Source: Eledone cirrhosa (Eukaryota). Taken from it: a stretch of 64,000 nt of DNA. The notes below the pieces were generated by a model that saw only the letters and a list, made by a program, of their open reading frames with translations, ran no database searches and had not been told where the DNA came from. The position numbers and the translations under genes were made by a program. The DNA is taken from NCBI GenBank assembly GCA_964016885.1, contig OZ024740.1, positions 250,542,001 to 250,606,000 of the forward strand. The letters run 5' to 3'. Position 1 is the stretch's first letter; each line of letters opens with the position of its first letter. This document shows, piece by piece, positions 26,136 through 37,534 of this stretch.

Positions 26136-28302
26136 TATAACATCCCTCCACCCGAAACTGACAACCATGTTCAATGACTGCTTGATGTCAGGTGAGGTAC
26201 CAGAGTGGTTGACAAAAGGTACCACAGTTCTGGTAATGAAAGACCGAATCAAGGGTAATGATGTTACCAACTATAGACCTATCACATGTCTGTCCGTAAT
26301 GTGGAAACTGTTAACAAGCATTGTGTCTGAGGAAATCTACCATCACCTCCACATAAACAACTTGTTACCGGACGAACAGAAAGGATGCCGAAAGAAGTCC
26401 CGTGGTACAAAGGACCAATTTCTTATTGATAAGATGGTAATGAGGAATTGCAGGAGGAGAGACAACTGGTCTTGCCATGGGATGGATAGACTACAAAAAG
26501 GCATTCGACATGGTACCTCATTCTTGGATAACCAAAAGCCTAGAGATCTTCAGGGTGGCAGATAACATCAGACAGTTGTTGAGCAAAAGTATGAAGTCCT
26601 GGAAAACAGAGTTAACATCGGGCGGAGAATCCTTGGGAGGCGTAAGGATCAAGAGAGGTATCTTCCAGGGAGATAGTTTGTCCCCTCTGTTGTTTGTCCT
26701 TGCCCTGATCCCCCTGACCATTATACTGCGAAAAGTGAGAGCAGGATACAAGTTTGGAAAGTGAGAGCTTACCATCAATCACCTCCTCTTCAAGGACGAT
26801 ATTAAGCTCTTCGGGAAGAGTGAGAGGGAGTTGGATGTGCTTGTTGACACTGTCCGTATTTTCAGCAATGATATATGTATGCAATTTGGTATTAGTAAGT
26901 GTGAAGTCCTAGTGATGAAGAGGGGTAAATTGAGCAGAAGCAACGGAATCCAGGCACAACAGGTGAGTTGATAAAGGAAATTGATGCTGAAGAGGGATAC
27001 AAATATTTAGGTGTTCTAGAGGCTGATGCCATCAAGAACAAAGAAAGAAGGAATTGATAAGATCTGAATACATTCGGAGAGTAAGGAGCGTACTAAAGTC
27101 ACATCTGAACAGTAGGAATGCCATAAGTGCAGTAAATTTCCGAGCTGTGTCTACTATTAGTTACAGTGCGGGAATTCTGAGATGGAATGTTGCTGAACAA
27201 AAATAAATGGATAGGAAGACTAGGAACCTATTGACTATCTACAACATGTTCCACAAAAGGAGTGATGTCGATAGACTCTACTTAAGGAGATCTGAAGGTG
27301 GAAATGGTCTTATCAGCATAGTGGACTGTGTTCAGAAGGAGAAAAAACAACCTACACAAATACGTGACTAATAGTAGGGAGCCAATGCTCAGAATTGTAC
27401 TGAAGGAGAGGACAATAGACCAGGAGATGTCCAAGGAGGAAATAACATCAAGGAGAAAAGCAACCTTCATGAAAAATCCCTTCATAGTGCCTTCTTTGTG
27501 AAAACTGAATTTAGTGACCCACAGACATGGAACTGGTTGAAAAGAGGAGACCTTAAAAAGGCTACAGAAGGAATGCTAATGGCTGCGCAAGAGCAGGCCC
27601 TCAAAACGAAGTGGTTGAAACACCATATTTACAAGGAGGAGGCTAGCCCACTGTGTAGGATCTGTGGAGAGAGAGAGGTGACTGTGGCTCACATTGTATC
27701 CGAATGTAAACACCTAGCCCAGACTCACTATAAAGGCTGGAGACATGATGTGATTGGCAGGGTGATCCACTGGCACCTATGCAAAGTAAACAATTTACCA
27801 CATTCTGAGAAGTGGTATGAGCATAAGCCAGAGTCGGTGATGGAAAACGATCAGGTGAAGGTGCTGTGGGATTTTAGGATACAGATAGACAAGAAACTGG
27901 AACACAATTGACCTGACCTGGTGGTTTTGGACAAGGGAAAAAGATCGTGGCTGATTGTGGATGTAGCCTGCCCATTCGACACGAGAGTGCAAGAGAAGGA
28001 GAGGGAGAAAATTAACCGATACCAGGACTTAAAGTGGGAGGTAAAAAGGATTTGGAACTGCCATGAGGTCAAAGTGGTCCCGATTGTCATAGGCACACTA
28101 GGTACTATCTCAAAGAGTTTCCAAGGATGGTTAAAAAAATTGGTCCCGCCTAGCTTTTTGGAATACTTCAAAAGGCATGCTTGCTGGGAACAGCAAGAAC
28201 CCTCCGATACGTCCTGAATATCTGAGGCTGCAGGTAGTGGCTTGATATTCATTTCAACAACCTTTCCAGTTAACTAACATCAATGACTGAGACTCAAAGA
28301 AC
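26131..28302 (+). mobile_element. R4/Dong-like RLE retrotransposon family A (older subfamily), 5'-truncated
   Basis: KRGIFQGDSLSPLLF, CRICGEREVTVAHIVSEC, RHD, PD..D; 3' UTR followed by (AAT)n at 28303-28359. Confidence 0.95.
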
Positions 28303-28358
<56 letters not shown>

Positions 28359-28362
<4 letters not shown>

Positions 28363-29227
28363 GAAATAACATCAAGGAGGAAGAGCAGCCTTAAGGGAAA
28401 ACCCCTTCATAGTACCTTCTTTGAGAAAACTGAATTTAGAGATCCACAGACATGGAACTGGTTGAGAAGAGGAGACCTCAAAAAGGCTACAGAAGGAATG
28501 CTAATGGCTGCGCAGGAGCAGGCCCTCAAAACGAAGTGGTTGAAGCACCATATCTACAAGGAGGAGGCCAGCCCACTGTGCAGGATCTGTGGAGAGAGAG
28601 AGGAGACTGTGGCTCACATTGTGTCCGAGTGTAAACACCTAGCCCAGACCCACTATAAGGGCTGGAGACACGATGTGATGGGCAGGGTGATCCACTGGCA
28701 CCTGTGCAAAGTAAACAATCTACCACATTCTGAGAAATGGTATGAGCATAGGCCAGAGGCGGTGATGGGGAACAATCAGGTGAAGGTGCTGTGGGATTTT
28801 AGGATACAGACGGACAAAAAACTGGAACACAATAGACCTGACCTGGTGGTTGTGGACAAAGAAAAAAGATCGTGCCTGATTGTGGATGTGGCCTGCCCGT
28901 TCGACACGAGAGTGCAAGAGAAGGAGAGGGAGAAAATTAACCGATACTAGGACCTAAAGTGGGAGGTGAAAAGGATTTGGAACTGCCATGAAGTCAAAGT
29001 GATCCCGATTGTCATAGGCGCACTGGGGACTATCTCCAAAAGTTTCCAGGGATGGTTAAAGAAAATCGGCCCCTTCACGCTTTTTGGAACGCTTCAAAAG
29101 GCATGCTTGCTTGGAACAGCAAGAACCCTCCGATACGTCCTGAATATCTGAGGCTGCAGGTAGTGGCTTGATATTCAATCCAACGGACTTTCCAGTTAAC
29201 CAACATCAATGACTGAGATTCAAGGAA
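28359..29227 (+). mobile_element. Dong-like family A (young subfamily), 5'-truncated ~870 bp
   Basis: Near-identical to 60233-61104; (AAT)n on both sides. Confidence 0.95.
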
Positions 29228-29237
29228 TAACAATAAC

Positions 29238-29271
<34 letters not shown>

Positions 29272-29521
29272 GTAATAATGTTTTCTTTATTAACCACAAT
29301 GGTTTACATAAAGTAGACATTAAGGACAGTACAGGACAATAAGGACGGTACAAATGGGCATTTCTGCGTGTAAAAAAACAGAGGTTGAAATAAAATAACA
29401 AAGAAAAATTCCCCAATAGGGGGGAGACTTCCGAGGGACATTTGTGGAGAAAGCCCATTAAAAGACCACAGTGGCCCTGACCACCAGGGCAAGTGCCCTC
29501 TCCCAGTTTTCCACATTTAAT

Positions 29522-32500
29522 TTACAGACACATACTCAGAGAAGGCCCATTCATTCGGGCCATACTTGCTTCTCTCACCCATCTTTCAACAAAATGCTGG
29601 GAAGAGAGCACTTCCCTCTCTACCCTGATTTTCCTTTTCAAATGAAATTTGAAAAAGTTAATCAGGGCATCACCGAAGAGGTAAGTGCTCGTCTTCAGCC
29701 CTTTCAAACGTGTCCACCATACTATCTCTTTCGCCATGGCCACCAGACAGATAAAAACTGCCTGCCCTTCCCGGCTAAAGGAAGGGGGCGGGGCAATCCT
29801 CACGATGGACTCAGCTGATAGCTGGATCCGTCCTACACGTGACAGCAGGTGTTCGACATAAACCCACAAGTCAGCAATGCTCGGACACTGGACGAGTGCG
29901 TGCAGGACGGTTTCGTCGCCCTGCGCGCATCTCGGACATGCCCGGCTGACGGCACCTCCATGCCTGTAGAGTTTATCCCGAACTGGCAAAGCTCCTCGGT
30001 AGCACTGCCAGGCCAGGGATTTCTGGAAGTTGTCCATAGGCCCCGGCCCGAAAGTCCTTCCGAAGAGATTGGCTAGTTGATTTTCGTCGACGCCTAGAGT
30101 TTCTCCAAGTACGTCGTCGCTCTTCCCCTCCACTAATCCCCTATAGAACGCCATGGTGGAGTTTCCACCGATCACATTGCCCGATTGGTCGAGGGCTGTG
30201 AGCGCCTGAAGACATTCCAGTCTCCAAGCGCTCCCTCTCGGTCTTCGCTTGACCCAGGACTGCAGCTCCGTCAAGGAGACGAGCTGGGGAAAAACGTGTC
30301 TAGCAAACGGCGACCACACCTGATCACCGTCGAGGAAGAGGTGGAGATGTCGTAGCCTGAGCGCGTGTCTGCGCATCATCAGCCACGGCATGCCCAGCCC
30401 TCCACGTAGCGGGTGTTGACAGCAGATGGACCGCCTGACCATCGGAGCGCGTCCCTTCCACAAGAAGCGAAACAGCAAACGCTCCAGCGCAGTCAGGCGG
30501 GGCTTAGGACAAGGTACGACGGTCAGGCGGTAGTAGATGACGGATGCGATGTACGCATTCGCCACCTCCGCTCGACCTTTCAGGGATAGCTTCCTCTCGG
30601 CCCATTTCTGGGTGAGAGAAGCCACCCTGCTCGTCACCTCGTCCCAGTTTTTGTCCGTCTGGAGGTCTGGACCGAACCAGACCCCTAGCAATTTAACCCG
30701 TCCGTCCGTCCAGCGCCCGACGACGCTGTTGGACGGCATGGACTTGCCTCTCCAGGTGCCGAGCTGCAGGCCCACTGACTTTTCCTGGTTGATCATTGCT
30801 CCTGTCACCGCTTCGTATTCTCTTAGTGTAGTGCCGATCGCCTCGATGTGTTTGGCGTTCGACACCACTACGGTGACATCGTCGGCATATGCTGACACGG
30901 ATCTTCCGCATCCTAGTTCGCGCGGGACCCCCCTCAACGTCTCCAGTTTGTGCAGTAATGGCTCGAGAGTCAATACGTACAATAGGGACGAGAGGGGACA
31001 TCCTTGGCGGACCGAGCGCATGATGTTGAACGGTTCCGAAAGGTGACCGTTCACTCTCACTACAGAGCAGATGTCGCTGTGCATGACAGCGATCCAGCCT
31101 CTGAAGACGGGCCCAAAGCCAGCCGCCCTCAGGACTGCCGGTAGGTAACCATGGTCGACCCTATCGAAGGCTTTCGATTGATCTAAATTGATCAAAGACC
31201 CACCCTTGCCAGGTTCCCTAGCTACCCTCTCTACGATGTATCGCATGAGGTGGAGGTTGTCGTGGATGGATCTGTCGGGAATGGCGCATGTCTGTGCCTC
31301 TCCCACCAGACCACCAATGACAAGCGCCAACATCTTTGCTAGCACCTTGGCCAAAATCTTGAACTCTGTGTTTAGCAGAGTTATGGGCCTAAAATTATCT
31401 ATGTTATCCCCCTTGTTCGGATCCTTTCTCAGCAGCGCCACCGCTTTTCGGCTCACAGAGCTGGGAATTCTCCCGTTCTGTTGCCAGTTGCAGTAGATGT
31501 CCGCCAAGAGGCCCCCGAACAAGTTTGGCATTTGTACGTAAAGTTCATAGGGCAGACCATCCAAACCAGGCGATTTACCCCTTGTGCAACTAGTCATTGC
31601 ATCCCGTACTTCAGCGGTTGTTATCGGCTTTTCGCAACACTCCGCCTCAGTGGCCGAAAGCCGCGGCAGTCCGTCGAGGTAGACACTAAAGTCCATCCCT
31701 CGACCCGGCCCGCCACTGCCCCCGAACAGTTGAGCGAAGTGTCGCTGAAAAGCTTCACACATTTTCCCGGGATCGAGTAGCATGCGCTCGTCGTGGTCCA
31801 CCAAAGACCGGATCGTGGCTTTGTTGCCACGACGCGCCTCCGCCACTCGGGCCCATTGAACGGCTTTCGTCCCCTCGTGTCTGAGAGCACACACCCTAGC
31901 TCTGACAACGCAGCCTTCGTGCTTTGCATTGAAGAATTGGTCAAGGGCCAATTTCGCCGCAAGCACGTCGGTCGCGATGCCTTTGCTAAGCGCCTCGTCT
32001 AATGTTCTAACTAGTTCTCCCTCTGCTCTATTTTTCTCTATTGCTAAAACCTTACTAAACCTAATGGATTCTATTTTAATCGCTCTTTTCAGAGCAAACC
32101 ACCACTTGTTGTTGACGATGGCCCCCGTCAACGCCCGCTTAACTAGTTCGCTAATCCGGTCTCTGTAGGCCTTGCGCGCTGGTAAGGACGCGTTTAGGTT
32201 CCAGTAGCCGGGTCCTCGCCTATGAAGCCTATCTAAGTCAAGCACACAGATCACGAATTTGTGGTCCGTGTAGCTGACTATCTTGAATTGTGGACAGCCT
32301 ATGCTAGACCTATCTATTTCCCTACAAAATACTCTATCTAGATATGATCTGGATGACCCTATGCGATTTGTCCAAGTCCACATTGGTACATTCGGGAAAT
32401 CCATTCGGTACCTGTCAAACAGTTCAAAACGTCTGAGCAGGTTGGTGAGACTCTTGCACCCCCCTTCCCTATCCACTATTCCCACACAATCCCAGCGTGC

Positions 32501-32946
32501 ATCTAAGATCCCGTTCCAGTCGCCCACTAACACTAAAGAGCGGGACGTTCCAAGAAAGGACTCCAGACGCCGGAAGAAATCAGGCCGCCCTGCTCCTGTC
32601 GGGGCATAGACGGCCACTAACCTGAAAGCTTGCCCGTCTCCGCTGGTCACGTCCAGCACCACCAACTTACCTTCTGGGTCCAAGAAGATGGCCCGTATGG
32701 CAAGATCCAAGCCTCTCCGAAAAAGCACAGCAACTCCCCCCCCCCCCCCGATCCCGGACGGCTGGGAGATGCGTACACATCGTAGCCGCCGAAGATCGGT
32801 GCGAAAGCCTGTGCTTCGGAGATTCTGGTCTCGCTGATGGCCACTACATCTATGTTTAGTGACCTGAGGTCGTTGAGCAGGTGGCCCTGCTTCCATGACG
32901 ACCCCAAGCCACGCGCATTTATGCTGCCTATTCTGAGTGAGGTCAT
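29522..32946 (-). CDS. Tx1-like ORF2p: APE endonuclease, RT, zf-RVT/CCHC; intact except one frameshift in a C14 homopolymer (32736-32749)
   Basis: Start MTSLRIGSINARGL (32946) continues into the 29522-32980 frame after the homopolymer; GDWN, YLDRV, TDH, SPGLDG, QGCPLS, YADD, CPRC..ETVLHALVQC. Confidence 0.9.
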
Positions 32947-32980
32947 GTTGAAAAGGAGTGGAAAAGATGGGAAAGACCAC

Positions 32981-35212
32981 TTACCTTACTTCTCGTAGGG
33001 GAAGGACGGTTTTTCCATCCTTTTCACTGCTTGTGATCTCCTCAGGAAGGATGTCCTTATAAATCCTCCTGGAGAGGGCTTGTCGGAAGTCTCCGATGTC
33101 TTTGGGGAATTTTTGTTTTAGTGTCATGTACGTTTTCTGTGTGATGCGAGTGATTTGTATGTGTGGAGTTGGTGTGAATTTTGGGGTTGTTGTGTAGTCT
33201 TTTTCTGTGATGCTGGTGTTGTGTTGGATGTAGTGTAATAATTGCTTGTTGTTCAAATTTAATTGTTTCTACTTTAGGCACAAGGCCAGCAATTACCAGT
33301 ACATTACTGGTACTTTATTTTATCGACCCCGTAAGGATGAAAGGCAAAGTCAACCTCGGCGGGATTTGAACTCAGATCGTAACGGGACATAACTATGCTG
33401 GAAAGCATGGCGTCCGACCCTCTACCGATACTGCCAATCCACCGCTTGTTGTTCAAATTTAATGCTGTGTAGTGTGTAACGTTTCGGTTGTTTTGTTTTG
33501 TTTGCGTTTGTTGTGGGTTTGTTTCTGTTTCGCATTTTGGTGGCTTTTGTGGTGTAGGTGATGGTGGTGTTGGAGTTAATGATGGTGATGGTGTTGGTGT
33601 TTGGGTTGATGGGGTTGGTGATGCTGGTGTGGATGGTGGCATATCTGTCCTAACTTTTTTGTTTCTTAGTTTATTTGTTTCCCTCTGTATTTTGTTTTTG
33701 GAGGGGGAAGGAAGAGAATTTTTTCTTTTTTGGTTTCTTTTTTTTTTTCCGGATATCGTTTCCCACTCCTCGTCGTCACAATCTGTCTCCAGTTGTGATA
33801 GGCCGGGGAGTGGAAAATCCTCCACAGCCGTTAGTTTTGGTTGTGGTGTGGTGGATGGTGTAGGCGCTGGTGCTAGTTCTGAAGCGTTGGGTGGTGGTGG
33901 TGTTGGTTTTGCTGGTGGTGGTAGTGGTGTTGGTTTTGCTACTGTTGCTGGGGTTGTTGCTGTTATAGTTGCTTCTGTTGTTGCTGCTACAGTTGTTGCT
34001 GCCATCTCTGCTACTGGTGGTGTTGATGGTTGTGTCACTGGGGTGGGTAGGAGAGGTGGCCTCAACCTTTTAGCCTGAGGCAGAAAGCCCTTTTAGCCTG
34101 GGGCAGAAAGCCCTTAGGTGGGTTCCTTCACCACAAACGACACACCTAGGTCTTCTGCCCTCGACAATTACGGTGAGGTGGCTGCCGTCAGTGAGGTCTA
34201 TTACCTCTGGGATCTCCTCAATGCTTTTTTGGTCCGCTTGGATTAGGAGCTCCATCCCAGATCCGGACCAGTTTTCCTGCTTTTCTTTTGCTATTGCTAT
34301 TATTTTCGTGTTGGCTTCGATGCCGGTGAGGACAGCCGCTATTAGCCAGGGAATTTCGATGGCCGGTGGAACGTGGGTCACCCTGATCTTTACGAGTCTC
34401 TGGCCACAATAGCTTGGGACGAGTGTGAAGTGGTCACTTTTTAATGGGGCCATGGAGTGTTCTCTAGCCTCCTCTGGTGTTTCAAAGAACACATCCACGG
34501 TTCCATACTTTTGCCCACGTCTGATGTGGGTTTTTCTTGCCCACACATGTCCCAAAGCTTTTTGGATTTGGGACTCGGATGCCCGTTCCACTCGGCGCGA
34601 TTTTACATTTATTGTTCTATACGACACGGTGCATAGGCGCCGATGCTACATTCTATTAGGTGGGGGGGGGGGGGGGGAGGCTGACCCTGTACCCATCTTT
34701 CTTTACCATTTGTTTGGCATTTTCTAAATCCTCTTGAGTTACCGTGAATGCTTCGAATTGTTTTGCTACTATGGTTAAACTGAGGGTCGGTTTTATAATG
34801 TCATTTTGTTGTTGTTGCTATCGTTATTTGTGTTAATCTTAATTTTAGTTTCAGTTGTGGTGGTGGTGACGTCAGTCGTCTTTGGTGCGGAAGAGTCCAT
34901 TTTGCTTGATTTCATTTCGACATCACGAGTTAATTTATTTTTTTCTTCTTTTGTTTCTGTTGTCGCGGTGGTGGTGGGGGTGGTGGTTGTCGCGGTGGTG
35001 GTGGTGGCGGAGGCTTTAACACCTGCAGTCATTGGTAATGGCGGGAAATGAATGTCTGCCTGAGACAAATTTAAAATATTGCTACTGCTTAAATTTTTTG
35101 TGTTGGCATACGTAGTAATATTTACAATGGTGGTGTCGGTGTGAGGTGTTAGTTTGTGAGGAAGGCTCTCAGCTGCTTGGTGCAGAGGTGAATTAACCAT
35201 TTTTTTTTTCAT
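32981..35212 (-). pseudogene. Tx1-like ORF1-B, frameshifted and SINE-interrupted
   Basis: Pieces 34793-35212, 34070-34627, 33464-34065 and 32981-33256; homologous to but diverged from ORF1-A. Confidence 0.85.
33264..33443 (-). mobile_element. SINE family S in Tx1 ORF1-B with 20-bp TSD
   Basis: GCTTGTTGTTCAAATTTAAT at 33244-33263 and 33444-33463. Confidence 0.93.
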
Positions 35213-35410
35213 CGAAATTTTTTGATAATCATAAAAGTTTAAATTTTGGGCACAAGGCCCCAATCTTTTTGGGTCTCCTTTTCGGAAAACAATGTATGTG
35301 CGCTTATAAACAGTTAACAATAAAATTTTCCATAAATGGCAATTTTTAACAAACGGAAATAACAAACCTTTGCGGAGCTCACGATGATACGATTTACTAC
35401 GTAGGTCGCC

Positions 35411-35450
<40 letters not shown>

Positions 35451-35455
<5 letters not shown>

Positions 35456-35835
35456 CGAAAGATATAACTTTATAACATCAATATTTATTTCATTATATAT
35501 ATTTCGGGGATGCAAAAATCTGTTTGACATATATTAGAGCATGCCTTCTTCAAATAAAATACAAGAGATGTATAAAATGTTTGATGCTATACTCATAAGA
35601 TAAATGACAAGCGGGTATATGATTTAGATCTCAAAATTTCCTACGATGTAATATTGGGAAAGATAAAAATAAAAAGTAAAAAATAAAGACAGTTAATTTA
35701 AACGCTTCATATGTTTTTTTAAAATAGCGTAATTAGATCTGAAGAAGACATGTTCTAATTTATGTTAAACATAAATTTTCGCATCCTCAAATAGTGATGT
35801 TATAAAGTTATATATTTCGTTTTTTACTATTATTA
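35451..35835. mobile_element. Small inverted-repeat element with hammerhead-like arms, in AAT/ATT context
   Basis: 35451-35555 is the imperfect reverse complement of 35735-35835; right arm reads gat-CTGAAGA-agacatg...tatgtt-AAAC...catc. Confidence 0.6.
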
Positions 35836-35974
35836 TCATAATACTCCAGATAAGTATAATCTGTCGAGTGCTTCGTATCTGCTATGAACATAACTCAGTG
35901 GATTACATGTCAACGAAGTCTTTAACTTATTGTTTATACACACACACGCACGCATACACACACGCACACACACG

Positions 35975-36077
<103 letters not shown>

Positions 36078-36089
36078 CACACACACAAA

Positions 36090-37440
36090 CAGATGGAAAC
36101 CTGTGTCAAGATATTTCTTGAAAACATCCACGTCCACACCATGCACATTTCTCAAATTTCTTGGCAGCTTGTTGAAGAGTTGAGGGCCTTTGTACTCCAG
36201 GCTATTGAAATATATGCTCCTTATTCTAGATGTGAAAGACGGGACCTTTGACACCACACAGTGACGTCCTGTTCGGAGGCTGGTCCAGCTCTCAATGCCA
36301 AAGTTTGGTGCGAGACTCTCCAGGAATTTCCACATGTATATCACTGCGTATCTCTCCCGTCTTCGTTCCAGGGAGTAGAGTTTAAGTTCTTTTAGCCTCT
36401 CGCAGTAGCTCATCTCCTTCATCGTGGCAATCCTCTTGGTGTGGCTTAGTTGGATTGCATCCAGCTTCGTGGTTAGTTTGATACTATCGAGTTCAGTCGG
36501 CTTAGGACCTCCATAGTATCAACATGGTCCCTCGGTCTCTTGTGCGAAAAGTCCTCAGGATCCAGCCAGTGAGTCGTCTACACATTGTCGCTACTTTCAT
36601 GATGTGTGGGGAAAAAGATGCATCGTCCCTCATGTCTATTCCCAGGTCTCGTATCGATTTCAACACGGGGATTTCGATCCTTCCTGGTCCGGCGTAGCTG
36701 TGCTGTACTGTCCTTGAGTTAGCAGGTTGATATTGTAGGGCTTGACATTTTCCAGCAATAAACTGCATGTTGTTGTCCTCAGCCTATTTGTATATGGCAT
36801 CCAAATCTTGTTGTAAAAGGGCAGCATCAGCCGGGTTCTTTATTGCCTTTACTACCTTTGTGTCATCAGTATAGCTAGTGGGGTATGATTTATGTAACAC
36901 AGATGGCATGTCTGACAAATCCACCAAAAACAGTAGTGGTCCCAAGATTGTGCCCTGGGGCACCCCAATTGTTATTGATGTTTCCTTTGAGAGGGCCCCA
37001 TTGGCTGCAACTGTCTGGCTTCTGTCTTCTAAGAAATCATGCAGCCACTCACCTACATTTCCAGTTATGTCGAGTCTGTGTAGTTTGTGACATAGCATTC
37101 AGTGGTCAACCTTGTCAAAGGCTTTCGCAAAGTCAAGATATATCACGTCCATATGTGAGCTGTCCAGCAGTTGTACCAGTACCCAGTCGTAGTGTTGTAA
37201 CAGCTGTGTAAAGCAGCTTATTCCTGGGCGAAAGCCATGCTGCGTGTTAGTTAGGCAGTCATTTTCCTCGAGGAACCTGATCAGTTTCTTTCTGATGATT
37301 CGTTCCATGACCTTACTGATATGTGACGTCAGGGAAACTGGCTTGTAGATTTTGGCCTCCGCTCTGCTACCTGCTTTATGGATAGGACATATTGTGCCTT
37401 TTTTAGCTCTCGGGGTAGTATACCGCTAGCCAAAGAACAT
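36090..37440 (-). mobile_element. CR1-clade LINE RT region and 3' end, degenerate
   Basis: QHGFRPG, DVIYLDFAKAFDKVDH, GVPQGTILGPLLF, YTDDTK, LKELKLYSLERRRERY. Confidence 0.9.
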
Positions 37441-37534
37441 CTGAAGACATCTTCAGTGGTCTTGCTAAGACGCGCTTACATGATTGTAAGCTGCTTGGAT
37501 ACTTTCTTTCGGCTGGTGGTTCCTCATTTCACCC

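Larger units (their letters stand above)
29280..35410 (-). mobile_element. Tx1-like LINE copy 2, full length (5'UTR type B, ORF1-B, ORF2, 3'UTR)
   Basis: Both ends abut (AAT)n (29226-29279 and 35411-35453); 1152-aa ORF2 frame; ORF1-B has CVVCGEGTHLRAFC. Confidence 0.95.

Noticed and set aside
32736-32749. Possible programmed frameshift at the G-run in the ORF2 endonuclease (copies 2 and 3 out of frame)
   Set aside because: Copy 1 is in frame at this site and run lengths differ between copies, so homopolymer slippage or sequencing error is more likely.
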